The notes: generated by a model from the sequence alone, not told the origin. 64,000 nucleotides of DNA from Candidatus Binatia bacterium (GCA_963666515.2 OY762897.2:4160001-4224000); one strand, 5' to 3'; positions 1-10,852 are shown, counted from the first letter of the stretch. Numbers and translations are program-made.

Positions 1-2
1 GA

Positions 3-1229
3 ATGAATCGCTTGAACGAATTCGTTGACACCCGACAGGGCCTGCTGGACCGCCAGGTGTTCGTCTCCCAGGACATCTACGAGCAGGAGCTGGAGCGGAT
101 ATTTGCCCGCTGCTGGCTGTTCCTGGGACACGAGACCCAGATCCCGAATCCCAACGACTTCCTCGCCACCTACATGGGCGAGGACCCCGTGCTGCTGTGG
201 CGTGGCGGGGACGGGACGGTCCGTGCGTTCCTCAACATGTGCCGCCACCGGGGCAACCGGGTGTGCCGGGCGGATCAGGGCAACGCCAGCTCGCTCATGT
301 GCACCTACCACGGCTGGTGCTACGGCAACGACGGCAAGCTCATCGGCGTTCCCGGCATGAAGGAGATCTACAGCAACGAGCTGGACATGACCCAGTGGGG
401 TCTGGTGGAAGTGGCCCAGCTCGACACCTACAGGGGCCTTATCTTCGCCACCTTCGACCCGGACGCGCCGCCGCTTCTGGAGTACCTCGGCGGGCAGGAC
501 CAGGAGCTGAGCTTCATGTTCGACCGGCGCGCCGGCGGCACCGAGGTCATCGGCGGCGTGCACAAATGGATCATGAACGCCAACTGGAAGTATGCCGCGG
601 ACAACTTCTTCGGCGACGACGGCCACCACACCGTGACCCATGCGTCGGTCCGCCGCGTTCCCGTGGACGTCCGGTACTACCCGCAGACCAACGACGATGC
701 GCGCCCCGATACCGACCGCGGGCTCTCCCGGGTCGCCGAAGGCGTCATACGGGACTATCACCAGGAGCATTTCGACGAGCTGATCGAGCGGATCGGCCCC
801 GACATGGCCGAGCGCCCCGGGCTGGTCACCACCGTGTTTCCCAACCTGTCGCCCAACTTCAGCCGGCACATGATCCGGTTGTGGCACCCCAAGGGCCCGG
901 ACAAGACCGAGATCTGGTCGTACTGCGTGGTGGACAAGGACGCGCCCGATGAGGTGAAGACCGCCATGCGCCTGCACCTGACCCAGACCTTCGGCCCGGC
1001 CGGGAACCTGGAGCAGGACGACATGAACAACTGGATCCAGTGCACCGACACCGCGCGCGGGGTCATCGCCAAGCGCTACCCGCAGAACATCCAGGCCCAT
1101 CTCGGACACGAGGACCGCTGCCCGCCCATCGGCGGCGGCAGGCGCCTGCGGGCCTTCTACTCCCGCTGGGAGATGATGATGAAGGCGGAGACCTGGTCGG
1201 ACGTCGACCTGGAGACCCGGTATTGGTGA
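3..1229 (+). CDS. Rieske aromatic ring-hydroxylating dioxygenase alpha subunit (copy 1)
   Basis: Rieske motif CRHRG...CTYHGW; NWK..ADNF..D.HH...H and C-terminal EQDD mononuclear Fe ligands. Confidence 0.93.
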   Translation: MNRLNEFVDTRQGLLDRQVFVSQDIYEQELERIFARCWLFLGHETQIPNPNDFLATYMGEDPVLLWRGGDGTVRAFLNMCRHRGNRVCRADQGNASSLMCTYHGWCYGNDGKLIGVPGMKEIYSNELDMTQWGLVEVAQLDTYRGLIFATFDPDAPPLLEYLGGQDQELSFMFDRRAGGTEVIGGVHKWIMNANWKYAADNFFGDDGHHTVTHASVRRVPVDVRYYPQTNDDARPDTDRGLSRVAEGVIRDYHQEHFDELIERIGPDMAERPGLVTTVFPNLSPNFSRHMIRLWHPKGPDKTEIWSYCVVDKDAPDEVKTAMRLHLTQTFGPAGNLEQDDMNNWIQCTDTARGVIAKRYPQNIQAHLGHEDRCPPIGGGRRLRAFYSRWEMMMKAETWSDVDLETRYW

Positions 1230-1269
1230 CGAACTCCCGCTACGCGCAACAACAGAAGGGTGACGCAAC

Positions 1270-1782
1270 GTGACCGACCACGATCTTTGGCATGAGATCA
1301 ACGACTTCCTGATCCGCGAGGCGCGGATGCTGGACGATCGCGCGTTCGAGGAATGGCTGGACCTCTTCACCGACGACATCGTCTACTGGATGCCGGAGCG
1401 GACCAACCCGTGGGAGAGCACCGATCCCGCGGACAGCATGTCCAAGCCCGGCGAGCTGGCGCTCTTCGAGGAGACCAAGGAGACGCTACGGACCCGGGTG
1501 GCCCGTCTCGCCACCGGCATGGCGTGGTCGGAAGTGCCGCCCTCGCGCACGCGCCACCTGGTCACCAACGTCCAGGTGGAGTCCGGCGAGAACGATTCGG
1601 AGCTGCGCGTTCGTTCGTATTTCATGGTGTACCGCACCCAGCTAGAGCACAGCCAGGACGTGTTCGTCGGCGAGCGGGACGACGTGCTGCGAAAGGTCGG
1701 GGACGAGTGGAAGATTGCCCGCCGCACCATCGTGCTGGACCAGGCGGTGCTGCAGTCGCCGAACCTGAGCATCTTCTTCTAG
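1270..1782 (+). CDS. Aromatic ring-hydroxylating dioxygenase beta subunit (HcaF/BphA2-like)
   Basis: [40 protein letters not shown]-terminus. Confidence 0.93.
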   Translation: MTDHDLWHEINDFLIREARMLDDRAFEEWLDLFTDDIVYWMPERTNPWESTDPADSMSKPGELALFEETKETLRTRVARLATGMAWSEVPPSRTRHLVTNVQVESGENDSELRVRSYFMVYRTQLEHSQDVFVGERDDVLRKVGDEWKIARRTIVLDQAVLQSPNLSIFF

Positions 1783-1792
1783 GGGGTGCGGG

Positions 1793-3022
1793 ATGAACCA
1801 GTTGAATGATCTCGTCGATACCCGGCAAGGGCTGCTGGACCGTCGCATTTTCGTCTCCAGGGACATCTACCAGCAGGAGCTGGAGCGGATCTTCGCGCGC
1901 TGCTGGCTGTTCCTGGGCCACGAGAGCCAGATTCCCAATCCCAATGACTTCCTCGCCACCTACATGGGCGAGGATCCGGTGCTGCTGTGCCGGGGCGGCG
2001 ACGGCGCCATCCGGGCTTTCCTCAACATGTGCCGCCACCGAGGCAACCGGGTTTGCCGCGCCGACCAGGGCAACGCCGACTCGTTCATGTGCACCTACCA
2101 CGGCTGGTGCTACAGCAACGACGGCAAGCTCATCGGTGTTCCCGGCATGAAGGAAATCTACAGCGGCGAGCTGGACATGAAGCAGTGGGGCCTCATCGAA
2201 GTGGCCCAACTGGATGTCTACAGGAGCCTGATCTTCGCCACCTTCGACCCCAAGGCGCCGCCCTTGCTGGACTACCTCGGCGGCCAGGAGCAGGAACTGG
2301 GCGTCATGTTCGACCGCCGCGCCGGCGGCACCGAGATCATCGGCGGCGTCCACAAGTGGGTGATGAACGCCAACTGGAAGTACGCCGCGGACAACTTCTT
2401 CGGCGACGACGGCCACCATACCATCACACACGTGTCCGTGCGCGAGGTGCCCGTGGACGACCTGTCCTACCCCCGCACCAACGAGGAGCCCCGCCCCTAC
2501 GCCGATGACATCGGCTTCACGCGGGTGGCCGGCGGCGTCATCCGGGACTACCTGCTCGACCACTTCGACGAGGCGGTGGAGCGCATCGGCCCCGATCTCG
2601 CCCAGCAGGCCGGGCTCGTCACCACCGTCTTCCCCAACGTCTCCCCCAACTTCATCCGCCACATGATCCGCGTGTGGCACCCCCGAGGCCCGGAGAAGAC
2701 CGAGATCTGGTCCTACTGCGTCGTCGACAAGGAAGCGCCCCCCGAGATCAAGACCGCCATGCGCCGCCACCTCACACAGACCTTCGGCCCCAGCGGCAAC
2801 CTGGAGCAGGACGACATGAACAACTGGGAGCAGTGCACCGGCACCGCCCGCGGCGTCATCGCCCGCCGCTACCCCCAGAACATCCAGGCCCACCTCGGCC
2901 ACGAGGAAAAGTCCGGCGCCTTCGGCGGCGGCAAGCGCCTGCGCCAGTTCTACGCCCGCTGGGCGATGATGATGGAGGCGGAGAGCTGGGGGGAGGTGGA
3001 TTTGGGGACGAAGTACTACTGA
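1793..3022 (+). CDS. Rieske aromatic ring-hydroxylating dioxygenase alpha subunit (copy 2, close paralog)
   Basis: Same motifs as 3..1229 and visibly colinear with it. Confidence 0.93.
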   Translation: MNQLNDLVDTRQGLLDRRIFVSRDIYQQELERIFARCWLFLGHESQIPNPNDFLATYMGEDPVLLCRGGDGAIRAFLNMCRHRGNRVCRADQGNADSFMCTYHGWCYSNDGKLIGVPGMKEIYSGELDMKQWGLIEVAQLDVYRSLIFATFDPKAPPLLDYLGGQEQELGVMFDRRAGGTEIIGGVHKWVMNANWKYAADNFFGDDGHHTITHVSVREVPVDDLSYPRTNEEPRPYADDIGFTRVAGGVIRDYLLDHFDEAVERIGPDLAQQAGLVTTVFPNVSPNFIRHMIRVWHPRGPEKTEIWSYCVVDKEAPPEIKTAMRRHLTQTFGPSGNLEQDDMNNWEQCTGTARGVIARRYPQNIQAHLGHEEKSGAFGGGKRLRQFYARWAMMMEAESWGEVDLGTKYY

Positions 3023-3072
3023 CGGTCTTTCCCCGATAGTTTCTCGCCAGTTCCTGAATCCGACCGAAAGAC

Positions 3073-3148
<76 letters not shown>

Positions 3149-3230
3149 TGGGGTTGGGGTGAAGGGAAAACGGCGTACGTCTCAGATTGTCAATCTAACA
3201 TTTGGCTGCCGATGGCGGCAAGCGACTCCG

Positions 3231-4028
3231 TCACCGCGCCGCCATCCTCCCCCCCTCCACCGGCAGGTCCGCTCCCGTTATGTAGTCGGCCCACTGGGAG
3301 GCCAGGAACAGCACGGGGCCGACGAAGTCTTCGACCTCGCCCTTGCGGCCGAGGGCGGGCGGGGTGAACTCGCCGGCGGTGTGGGAGGGTTCGGGACCCT
3401 CGCTGGCGCCCTTGGCGATGGCCTCGTACTCGTAGATGGTGGTGAGGCGGTTGGGGGTGAAGCCGGGGCTGACGGAGTTGACGTTGATGTTGTCGCGGCC
3501 GAGCTCCACGGCCATCTGCCGGGTGAGCATGACGACGCCGCCCTTGGCGGCGCTGTAGGCAGAGCCGCCGGCGGTGCCGCGGTGGCCGGCGATGGAAGCG
3601 ATGTTGACGATCTTGCCGCCGCCCTGGCGTTTCATCACGGGCGCCACGTGGCGGGTGGTGAGGTAGGCGGCCTTGAGGCAGATGTCCAGCACGAAGTCCC
3701 ACTCGCCGGGCTCCATCTCGACGATGGTCTTGGGCGGGTAGATCTGCACCGCCGCGGCGTTGACCACAACGTCGATCCTGCCCAACCGCTCCACGACCCC
3801 GTTCACCATGCGGGCTACGTCGGCGTCGTCGGAGACGTCGCAGCAGGCGGGGACCGCCTCGACGTCGCCGGTGAGCTTGCCGATGCATTCGAGGGCCTTG
3901 TCTTCCTTGAGGTCGTTGACGGCCAGCTTGGCGCCGTGATCGGCGAAGCCCTGCGAAAATGCTGTGCCGAGCACGCCGGCGCCGCCGGTGATGAGAACCA
4001 CTTTGTCCTTGAGTCCGAGATCTCTCAT
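3231..4028 (-). CDS. SDR family NAD(P)-dependent oxidoreductase
   Basis: TGGAGVLG nucleotide-binding motif, NIAS, YSAAK catalytic motif, ITG..L.VEGG tail. Confidence 0.92.
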   Translation of the reverse strand: MRDLGLKDKVVLITGGAGVLGTAFSQGFADHGAKLAVNDLKEDKALECIGKLTGDVEAVPACCDVSDDADVARMVNGVVERLGRIDVVVNAAAVQIYPPKTIVEMEPGEWDFVLDICLKAAYLTTRHVAPVMKRQGGGKIVNIASIAGHRGTAGGSAYSAAKGGVVMLTRQMAVELGRDNINVNSVSPGFTPNRLTTIYEYEAIAKGASEGPEPSHTAGEFTPPALGRKGEVEDFVGPVLFLASQWADYITGADLPVEGGRMAAR

Positions 4029-4098
4029 TGAAATTCTCCTGCGCTTCAAAGGCCCGTGGGGGTAGGGCCGCAGAGCCCGCTGCTTCCGCGTCGGTTCC

Positions 4099-4806
4099 CT
4101 ACCGCTGGGCCGCCCGAAGCTGTGGCGCGCCCCGCAGCGACTCCACGTGCGCCAGCGCCTCTGCCCGGGTTACCACGGTCGCGTACTTGCTGTTCATCTC
4201 GTAGAGGTTCACGAGGTGCGAGAACTGCGAGCGGTCGAAGGTGCCTTCCTCCACCACGAACACGGGGAAGCCGTAGGAATAACCGTCGATGACCGTGGAA
4301 CGGACACAGCCGGAGGTGGAGGCCCCGGTGACGATCAACGAGTCGATGTTCTTGCGCGTCAGGTAGGTGATCAGGTGGGTGCCGAAGAACGCGCTGGCCC
4401 GTGCCTTGTGCACCACGTACTCGTCCTTGCGCGGCCGGATCATCTGCGGGAACTGCACCGCCAGGTCGCTTGAGGTGGTGGGTTCCGCGGCGCGCTTGGT
4501 GGCGTTGCCGAACACCGCCTTGAAGTCGGGGTCGCTGGTGGAATAGACGACCGGCACCTTGCTCTTGCGGCACGCGACCAGGAGCTTGCGGATGTGCGGC
4601 AGCGCCTGCCACGCGGCCTTGCCGCAGCTCGACCGGAACTCGTCGATGGCGTCCAGGGTCTCCATCGGCCTCGTGCCGGTGAAGGCGGTAATGACGTCGA
4701 TGATCAGCAGCGCGGGGCGCTCGCCGAAGGGCTGCTTGCCTTTGTAGCCGGCCTTTTCGTAGATCCGGCGGTCGTGCTCCGGAACAATCTTTTCCCAATC
4801 TCTCAT
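4099..4806 (-). CDS. Isochorismatase-family cysteine hydrolase (N-carbamoylsarcosine/maleamate amidohydrolase-like)
   Basis: PALLIIDV, K.RASAFFGT, GASTSGCVRST (Asp-Lys-Cys triad). Confidence 0.88.
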   Translation of the reverse strand: MRDWEKIVPEHDRRIYEKAGYKGKQPFGERPALLIIDVITAFTGTRPMETLDAIDEFRSSCGKAAWQALPHIRKLLVACRKSKVPVVYSTSDPDFKAVFGNATKRAAEPTTSSDLAVQFPQMIRPRKDEYVVHKARASAFFGTHLITYLTRKNIDSLIVTGASTSGCVRSTVIDGYSYGFPVFVVEEGTFDRSQFSHLVNLYEMNSKYATVVTRAEALAHVESLRGAPQLRAAQR

Positions 4807-4912
4807 GGTGTGCCTCCTCGTGGGCTGTAACCATATATCAAACGGTGGAGGACACTCAAATGCGGGTTCGGGTTGGCGCGGGGAATGGTTGTCGGATCAG
4901 GTTTGGTCCGAC

Positions 4913-5314
4913 CTATGGGAAGAAGGTCAGCTTGACCAGTAAGGCCAGGATGGCCGGACCGAAGCTGAACACAGCGAAACGCAGGACGGCGATCTGGCTT
5001 TCGAGTCTTGAGAACTCTTCCTTGGTGACCATATTGGCTTCAACTTTGGCGAGGCGGGCTTCAAGCTTGGCCAAGGCTTCCTTGGTGGCCATGCGGGCTT
5101 CGAGGTTCGCCAAGTCTTCCTTGGTGGCCATGCGGGCTTCGAGGTTCGCCAGGTCTTCCTTGGTGGCCATGCGGGCTTCGAGCCTGGCCATGTCTTCTTT
5201 GGTCGCCATGTTCTCGGCTGGTGGTACAGCGCCCGCCGCGGCCTTTGCCGTTTCCGGGGAAGCTCCGGCTTCGATCAGCGCATCGTAGACTTCGGAAACG
5301 ATCAGGCCCATCAT
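4913..5314 (-). CDS. Small coiled-coil repeat protein with C-terminal membrane anchor (DUF1640/CCDC90-like)
   Basis: YDALIEAGA head, repeated ATKEDL..LEARM units, hydrophobic C-terminus; start inferred. Confidence 0.7.
   Translation of the reverse strand: MMGLIVSEVYDALIEAGASPETAKAAAGAVPPAENMATKEDMARLEARMATKEDLANLEARMATKEDLANLEARMATKEALAKLEARLAKVEANMVTKEEFSRLESQIAVLRFAVFSFGPAILALLVKLTFFP
5054..5210. repeat. 39-bp (13-codon) tandem repeat, about 4 units, inside the coiled-coil gene
   Basis: CTTGGTGGCCATGCGGGCTTCGAG recurs at 5081, 5120 and 5159 (39-bp period). Confidence 0.9.
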
Positions 5315-5466
5315 AGCATCTCCGGATGCGTTGCCCGGTCCAATACGGTTCGTTCCAGAACACGACACCAGGAAACGGCGGTAAAGTCAAGAATGGTCAT
5401 GTAAAGGATAATCGGCGCTTCGCACGCATTCTTTAGCGTGACCTCGCCTGGGCAGGGAAACCGCCG

Positions 5467-6093
5467 TCACGCCCGCAACGCCGCCAGCATGTCCCGGGCC
5501 GCGGCCGCGGGGTCGGGGGCTTCGGAGATGGCGGAGATGAGGGCGATGCGAGCGGTCCCGTGGGCCTTGAGTTCCGGGATGTGCTCCTGTTTGATGCCGC
5601 CGATGGCGAACACCGGAACGGTCGCGGAGTCCGTGACGGCCTTTAGCGCGGCAGGTCCCTGGGGGTCGCCGAAGGGGAGCTTGGAGGTGGTGGGGTAGAC
5701 GGGTCCGAACAGGACGAAGTCAGCGCCCGCCTCGGAGGCCGTGCGCGCCTCGTCGACGGAGTGGGTCGAAACGCCGATCTTCCGGTTTGGGCCGAGGAGA
5801 TCGCGGGCCATCTCCACGGGTACGGAGTTGGCCGCCAAGTGCACGCCGGCGGCGTCCGCGGCCAGCGCCACGTCCACGCGGTCGTTGACGAAGAACTCGG
5901 CGCCGTGAAGGTCGCACAACTGCTTCACGTCGCGGGCCAGCTCCAGCAGTTCCCGTCCGCCCAGGTCCTTCTCCCGAAGCTGCACGGCCCGCACGCCGCC
6001 TTCCAGGGCCTGCTCCAGCACCCACGTGAGCTTGCGGCCCTGGGTGGTTTTGCGGTCGGTGACGAGATACAGGTCGAAATCGATGGAACTCAA
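5467..6093 (-). CDS. thiE: Thiamine-phosphate synthase
   Basis: LYLVTD, VQLREKD, VNDRVD, GVHL, GVSTHS, PTTSK, FAIGGI; follows thiG. Confidence 0.93.
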   Translation of the reverse strand: MSSIDFDLYLVTDRKTTQGRKLTWVLEQALEGGVRAVQLREKDLGGRELLELARDVKQLCDLHGAEFFVNDRVDVALAADAAGVHLAANSVPVEMARDLLGPNRKIGVSTHSVDEARTASEAGADFVLFGPVYPTTSKLPFGDPQGPAALKAVTDSATVPVFAIGGIKQEHIPELKAHGTARIALISAISEAPDPAAAARDMLAALRA

Positions 6094-6154
6094 CGGTCTT
6101 CCGGCGCGGAGGTCGCGGTGGAGGGCTCCAGGGGGTTTCTACCCGCGTGCCCGG

Positions 6155-6964
6155 TCAGGTGAGCAGCCCCTCGATGGGGCTGGAAGCCGTGGCGTAGAGC
6201 CTCTTGGGAATGCGCCCGGCCAGGAAGGCCTTGCGTCCGGCCTCCACGGCCTGCTTCATGGCGTCGGCCATGAGCACGGGGTCCCTGGCGCCGGCGATGG
6301 CGGTGTTCATGAGCACGCCGTCGCAGCCCATCTCCATGACGATGGCGGCGTCGGACGCGGTGCCCACGCCGGCGTCCACGATGACCGGGATGGACACGTT
6401 CTCCTGGATGATGCGGATGTTGTAGGGGTTGCGGATGCCCAGGCCCGAGCCGATGGGCGCCGCCAGGGGCATCACCGCGGCGCAGCCCATGTCCTCGAGC
6501 TTCTTGGCGGTGACCACGTCGTCGCTGATGTAAGGCAGCACGGTGAAGCCGTCCTCGACCAGCATCCGCGCGGCCTCCAAGGTGCCGGGCGTGTCCGGGA
6601 ACAGGGTCTTGTCGTCGCCGATGACCTCCAGCTTGACCATGTCGCCGACCCCGGCCTCCCGGGCCAGGCGGCAGGTGCGCACGGCTTCCTCGGGCGTGTA
6701 GCAGCCGGCGGTGTTGGGCAGGATGGTGAACTTCTCGGGGTCCAGGTAGTCGAGCAGGTTCTCCTGGTCCGGGTCGGTGACGTTGACACGCCGCACCGCC
6801 ACGGTGACGATCTCCGCCCCCGAGACCTCGATGGCCTTGCGGGTTTCCTCGAAGTCGCGGTACTTGCCCGTGCCGACGATCAGCCGCGACCGGAATTCCT
6901 TCCCGGCCAGACGCAGGCAGTCGGACGATGCCGCCTCCGAGACTTGCGGTGTGGGTTGGGCCAT
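6155..6964 (-). CDS. thiG: Thiazole synthase
   Basis: [39 protein letters not shown]. Confidence 0.97.
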   Translation of the reverse strand: MAQPTPQVSEAASSDCLRLAGKEFRSRLIVGTGKYRDFEETRKAIEVSGAEIVTVAVRRVNVTDPDQENLLDYLDPEKFTILPNTAGCYTPEEAVRTCRLAREAGVGDMVKLEVIGDDKTLFPDTPGTLEAARMLVEDGFTVLPYISDDVVTAKKLEDMGCAAVMPLAAPIGSGLGIRNPYNIRIIQENVSIPVIVDAGVGTASDAAIVMEMGCDGVLMNTAIAGARDPVLMADAMKQAVEAGRKAFLAGRIPKRLYATASSPIEGLLT

Positions 6965-6968
6965 GGCT

Positions 6969-7169
6969 CTATCCGCCGCCGACGAAGTGGACGATCTCCA
7001 CCTCGTCGCCCTCCTTCAATTGCGTGGCGCCGTGGGCGTCCCGGGACACGACCTCCGCGTTGAGTTCCACCACCACGCGTCCGGGCCGGATCTCCAGGTC
7101 CTCCAGGAGTTGGGCGACGCTCAAGTCCGGCGCCACTTCGTTGTCCTTGCCGTTGATACGGATGATCAC
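6969..7169 (-). CDS. thiS: Sulfur carrier protein
   Basis: 66 aa ending EIVHFVGGG, upstream of thiG. Confidence 0.95.
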   Translation of the reverse strand: MIIRINGKDNEVAPDLSVAQLLEDLEIRPGRVVVELNAEVVSRDAHGATQLKEGDEVEIVHFVGGG

Positions 7170-7222
7170 AGCAGACTCCCCTGGTCGGAGCCTTACAGAA
7201 TACTAGCTAACGGGTCCGGACA

Positions 7223-8167
7223 CTACCGCGCCGCGGCGATCTTGATCTCCAGCACGCCGATGCCCTCCACCTCGCCTTCCACCTTGTCGCCGACGTTGAG
7301 GAAGATGGGCGGGGTCCGGGCGAATCCCACGCCCGACGGCGTTCCCGTGCTGATGATGTCGCCGGGCTCCAGGGTCAGGCCGTCGGACAGGTGCTCGATG
7401 GTCGCGGGAATGTCGAAGATCATGTCGCGGGTGTTGCCGTCCTGCATGGTCTCGCCGTTGACCCGGCACTGGAGCCGGATGTTCTTGGGGTCGGGCATGG
7501 CGCTCTTGTGCACGATGCTGGGTCCCAGCGGGCAGAAGGTGTCCAGGGACTTGCCCTTCCACCACTGGAGGTGCGCGCGCTGCAGGTCGCGGGCGGTCAT
7601 GTCCAGGCAGACGGTGTAGCCGAAGATGTAGTCGTTGGCCTTGGCGCGGGGGATGTTCCGGCCCTTCCGGCCGATGACCACCGCCAGCTCCACCTCCCAG
7701 TCGATCTTGCTGGTGGCCGAATGCGCCAGCAGACGGCCCTGGTCGCCGATGACCGCGGTGGCCGGCTTGGTGAAGAACACCGGCACCTTGGGCGTGTCGA
7801 GCTGGATACCGCGCGCGCGCACGCCTTCGTCGATGTGCTCCTGGTAGTTGACCCCCAGGCAGATCACGTTCTTCCGGGGCACGGGGATGGGCGACAGCAG
7901 CCGGGCGCGGTTGCGCTTCACCAGGATTCCCGCCTGGGCGAGTCGGCGGACGCCCTTGGAATCCAGCCGCTGGACGTAGCGGGCCGCCTTCCTCGCCGTG
8001 GTGACCGCCTTGGCGCCGGCGTCGATGAACGCCTGCATACCGTCCAGATACGAAGGGGTGCCTCCCGGCAGATACCGCTTGGCGACCTCCCGGAGATCGA
8101 CGATCTGGTCGTCGTCCATCATCCCGAGGCGGGTCTTGCTGCTGAAACTGTACGTGACAAAGCGCAT
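7223..8167 (-). CDS. Fumarylacetoacetate hydrolase family protein
   Basis: CLGVNY..H, FFTKP, DWEVELAVVIG, KGKS.DTFCPLGP, GDIISTGTPSGVG; start taken at MRFVTY. Confidence 0.92.
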   Translation of the reverse strand: MRFVTYSFSSKTRLGMMDDDQIVDLREVAKRYLPGGTPSYLDGMQAFIDAGAKAVTTARKAARYVQRLDSKGVRRLAQAGILVKRNRARLLSPIPVPRKNVICLGVNYQEHIDEGVRARGIQLDTPKVPVFFTKPATAVIGDQGRLLAHSATSKIDWEVELAVVIGRKGRNIPRAKANDYIFGYTVCLDMTARDLQRAHLQWWKGKSLDTFCPLGPSIVHKSAMPDPKNIRLQCRVNGETMQDGNTRDMIFDIPATIEHLSDGLTLEPGDIISTGTPSGVGFARTPPIFLNVGDKVEGEVEGIGVLEIKIAAAR

Positions 8168-8409
8168 CGACGAACTCCTCTCCGCTTCCGGCGAATTCCA
8201 TCGCGGCCCGGGCCGCTCTCTCCCGATATTTCTCCGATATTTCTGCGGACGTGCGTCGGAAAACGCCATATCCTCATAGAGAAGCGCCGTACCGTTGTCA
8301 ACCCGGCGTGGCCGTGCCTGGCCATGCCCGCGGAGCCGTGAAATTGCGTGTCCGGGTGGGTGATGTTACCTTCTCACACGTGAAAAGATCCAAGGGACAG
8401 CGTAGCGCC

Positions 8410-8607
8410 ATGGAGGTGGGAGACCGTGTCCTGGTCAAGGGCGACATGCGCAAGCAGGTCATGCTGGTGGCCAGGGTGGACGTCCCCCACTCCACCCAGA
8501 AGGTCTTCGTCACGCGGTCGGGCGGCGACTTCACGGTGGGCCTCAAGATCTGGAAATCGGACTACTCCTGGAGCGAGAAGAACCAGATGTGGGTCTCGAA
8601 ACGGTGA
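8410..8607 (+). CDS. Small hypothetical protein, possible SH3/KOW-like beta barrel
   Basis: MEVGDRVLVKG start, host-like codon usage, directly upstream of holA. Confidence 0.55.
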   Translation: MEVGDRVLVKGDMRKQVMLVARVDVPHSTQKVFVTRSGGDFTVGLKIWKSDYSWSEKNQMWVSKR

Positions 8608-8642
8608 CGGCCGCGTTGGCGGCCTTTGTGCGGTGCTGACGG

Positions 8643-9959
8643 ATGGCGCAGGATCTGGAAACGCTCCTGGAGGGGCTCCGCGAAGGGAACGGGCCGGCGG
8701 TCATGCTGCTCCACGGCGACGAGTTCCGCGTCCGCGGAGCGAGCCGCGCCATTCTGGGACTGATCGCGCCTGATTCCGACCGCGCCCTCGGCACCTCGAC
8801 ATTCGACGGCCGGTCCGCGTCATGGGACCAGGTTGAGGCCGCCCTCATGACCCCCTCCCTTTTCGTTTCCGCCTGCACGGTGGTGGTGGAGAACGTTCCC
8901 TGGTTCGCCCCCGCGGAGCGCAAGGTCGATCTGCTGGACAAGTGTCTGAGTCTCTGGGAGGAGGGGCAACGCGACGACGGCGCACGCGCCTTCATGGCGC
9001 TGCTGCGGTCGGAAGGGTGGACGCGGGAGCAGTGGCTGGAGGCGGCCGACGCGTCGGCACTGGCGGACACCCTCAAGGACTACCGGGCGCATGCGCGGGA
9101 GATCCAGGCGCTCTGGCAGTACTGCCGCGAGCAGAACCTGGTTCCCGGAAATTCCAAGGGCGACGAGCAGAGCCGCATCCTCGAACTGCTGGAGCGGGGG
9201 CTGCCGGACGGGTCCCGCCTTCTCTTGCTGGCGCCCCAGGTGGACAAGCGCGGGCGCGCCTACAAGCAATTGGGCCGCCAGGGCTGCGTTCTCGACCTGT
9301 CGGTGGAGCGGGACCGGAGCGGACGCATCCGCCGCGAGTCCCTCGCCGCGTTTCTCGACCAGCGACTCCGGCGGGCGGGCAAGCGAATCGATCCGCGCGC
9401 GCGGGAGGCGGTGCTCTCCCGGTGCGGGAACGAGCTGTGGGCCGTCCACCAGGAGATCGAGAAGCTGCTGCTGTACGTCGGCGACGCGGATACCGTGGGC
9501 GTTGCCGATGTCGAGGAGATCTTCATCGACCAGTCGGAGAGCTGGGTGTTCGACCTGACGGATTCGCTGGGGCAGAAGGACGCGCTCCAGGCCCTGGGCT
9601 TTCTCAGGCGCCTCATGGCCAACGGTGAATATCCCCTGCGGGTGCTGGGCGCCATCGCCAGCCAGGTGCGCCGCCTGCTGAGCGCCCGGCAGCTCCTCGA
9701 CCACGAGCTGGCCAGGGTCTGGCGGCAACGCATGTCCTACACCGAGTTCCAGCAACGGGTCCCTGCCGATACCGAGGGGCTTCCCACCAAGAGTCCGTAC
9801 GCCAACTACCTCACCTTGCAGCGGGCGGAGCGTTTCACCCTCCCCGAGCTGAAGAGTTTCCTGAGGTTGATCCAGGACACCGACGCCCGCCTCAAGTCCT
9901 CCGGCCACCAGCCCCAGGCCGTCATGGAAAGGCTGATCCTGGAGATGTGCCGCCCGTGA
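8643..9959 (+). CDS. holA: DNA polymerase III subunit delta
   Basis: LLHGDEF, EIEKLLLY, VFDLTD, D..LKSS...MERLI pattern; longer than typical HolA. Confidence 0.85.
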   Translation: MAQDLETLLEGLREGNGPAVMLLHGDEFRVRGASRAILGLIAPDSDRALGTSTFDGRSASWDQVEAALMTPSLFVSACTVVVENVPWFAPAERKVDLLDKCLSLWEEGQRDDGARAFMALLRSEGWTREQWLEAADASALADTLKDYRAHAREIQALWQYCREQNLVPGNSKGDEQSRILELLERGLPDGSRLLLLAPQVDKRGRAYKQLGRQGCVLDLSVERDRSGRIRRESLAAFLDQRLRRAGKRIDPRAREAVLSRCGNELWAVHQEIEKLLLYVGDADTVGVADVEEIFIDQSESWVFDLTDSLGQKDALQALGFLRRLMANGEYPLRVLGAIASQVRRLLSARQLLDHELARVWRQRMSYTEFQQRVPADTEGLPTKSPYANYLTLQRAERFTLPELKSFLRLIQDTDARLKSSGHQPQAVMERLILEMCRP

Positions 9960-10028
9960 ACGGGCGGAACGAAGCCAACTTCCTGCCTGCCGCTAAAGAT
10001 TCCATCCCCCGTGCCGATTCCTTAACTC

Positions 10029-10538
10029 ATGGGGCAAGGCATCGCGACAGGGTTCTTGCGGCGGATTTCCCTCACATGGGCGGTTGCCCTGCTGGGGGCG
10101 TTCCTTTCCGGTTTCTTCGTCCATCTCCTGTACGCGCGCTGGGCCGGGCCGGCATCGTGCGAGGAGCCCGTGGCGGGTGTCTCCAAGGGTTCGCCCGGCA
10201 CGGGTTCGTCCCCCGAGGCCGACCTGCCGGTGGTGGACGTGATCGAAGTGGAGCGGCTCCAGGAGCTTGCGGGCGTGCTGGCGCGGGTCCGGGGCCGGGT
10301 CTACCGCGTGGGCCACTCGTCCAGGAGCAACACCTACTTCCTGGACTTCGGCCCCTCGCGGTCCGCCTTCACCGCCGTGATCTTCTCCTCCGCGGTGGAT
10401 GCTTTCGTGCGGGAGGACGCCCACCCCAACCGGTTCCAGGGAAAGGAAGTGGAGATCACCGGACGGATCAAGGACGACCCCAAGTACGGGCTGGAGATGA
10501 TCCTGGAGAGCCCGGCGCAGATCAAGGCGCTGCCCTGA
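10029..10538 (+). CDS. Membrane-anchored OB-fold hypothetical protein
   Basis: N-terminal TM helix; FLDFG...FTAVIF...GK.VEITG.I...E..L.SP.QI pattern. Confidence 0.65.
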   Translation: MGQGIATGFLRRISLTWAVALLGAFLSGFFVHLLYARWAGPASCEEPVAGVSKGSPGTGSSPEADLPVVDVIEVERLQELAGVLARVRGRVYRVGHSSRSNTYFLDFGPSRSAFTAVIFSSAVDAFVREDAHPNRFQGKEVEITGRIKDDPKYGLEMILESPAQIKALP

Positions 10539-10645
10539 ACTCACGACGAATACCGGATGAAGGCGCGGGTTCGAATCCGCGCGCGCCCCGGCCGCGCGCG
10601 GCGGTTTTGTTGGATCGCTGGACGTTTTCGGTTAAGCTCGGCGAC

Positions 10646-10822
10646 ATGGAAAGCCAGCCGGAGGGCCGCTGCATGGTGTGCGCCAAGGTAGCCCCGCTGA
10701 ACGGCGGCATCTGCCAGCCCTGCAACGAGAAGATTCGCGCCCAGGCCCAGGGTGCCCAGCGGGACATCCGCGACCGCTCGGACCGGGAATTGCGCAAGCA
10801 CGGGGGCAAGCCGGAGAAATAG
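10646..10822 (+). CDS. Small CxxC...CxxC (zinc-binding-like) hypothetical protein
   Basis: MESQPEGRCMVC...GICQPCNEK; 3' part of ORF 9947..10822. Confidence 0.55.
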   Translation: MESQPEGRCMVCAKVAPLNGGICQPCNEKIRAQAQGAQRDIRDRSDRELRKHGGKPEK

Positions 10823-10852
10823 CCGCGGTTCGGCCCCGCGCGGGCGGCGCGA

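Noticed and set aside
7169-7223. TPP riboswitch upstream of thiS
   Set aside because: Only 53 bp of intergenic space and no CTGAGA-type core motif seen.
8223-8244. CCGATATTTCT tandem duplication upstream of the FAH gene
   Set aside because: Only two 11-bp copies; could be an operator or chance, with no further support.
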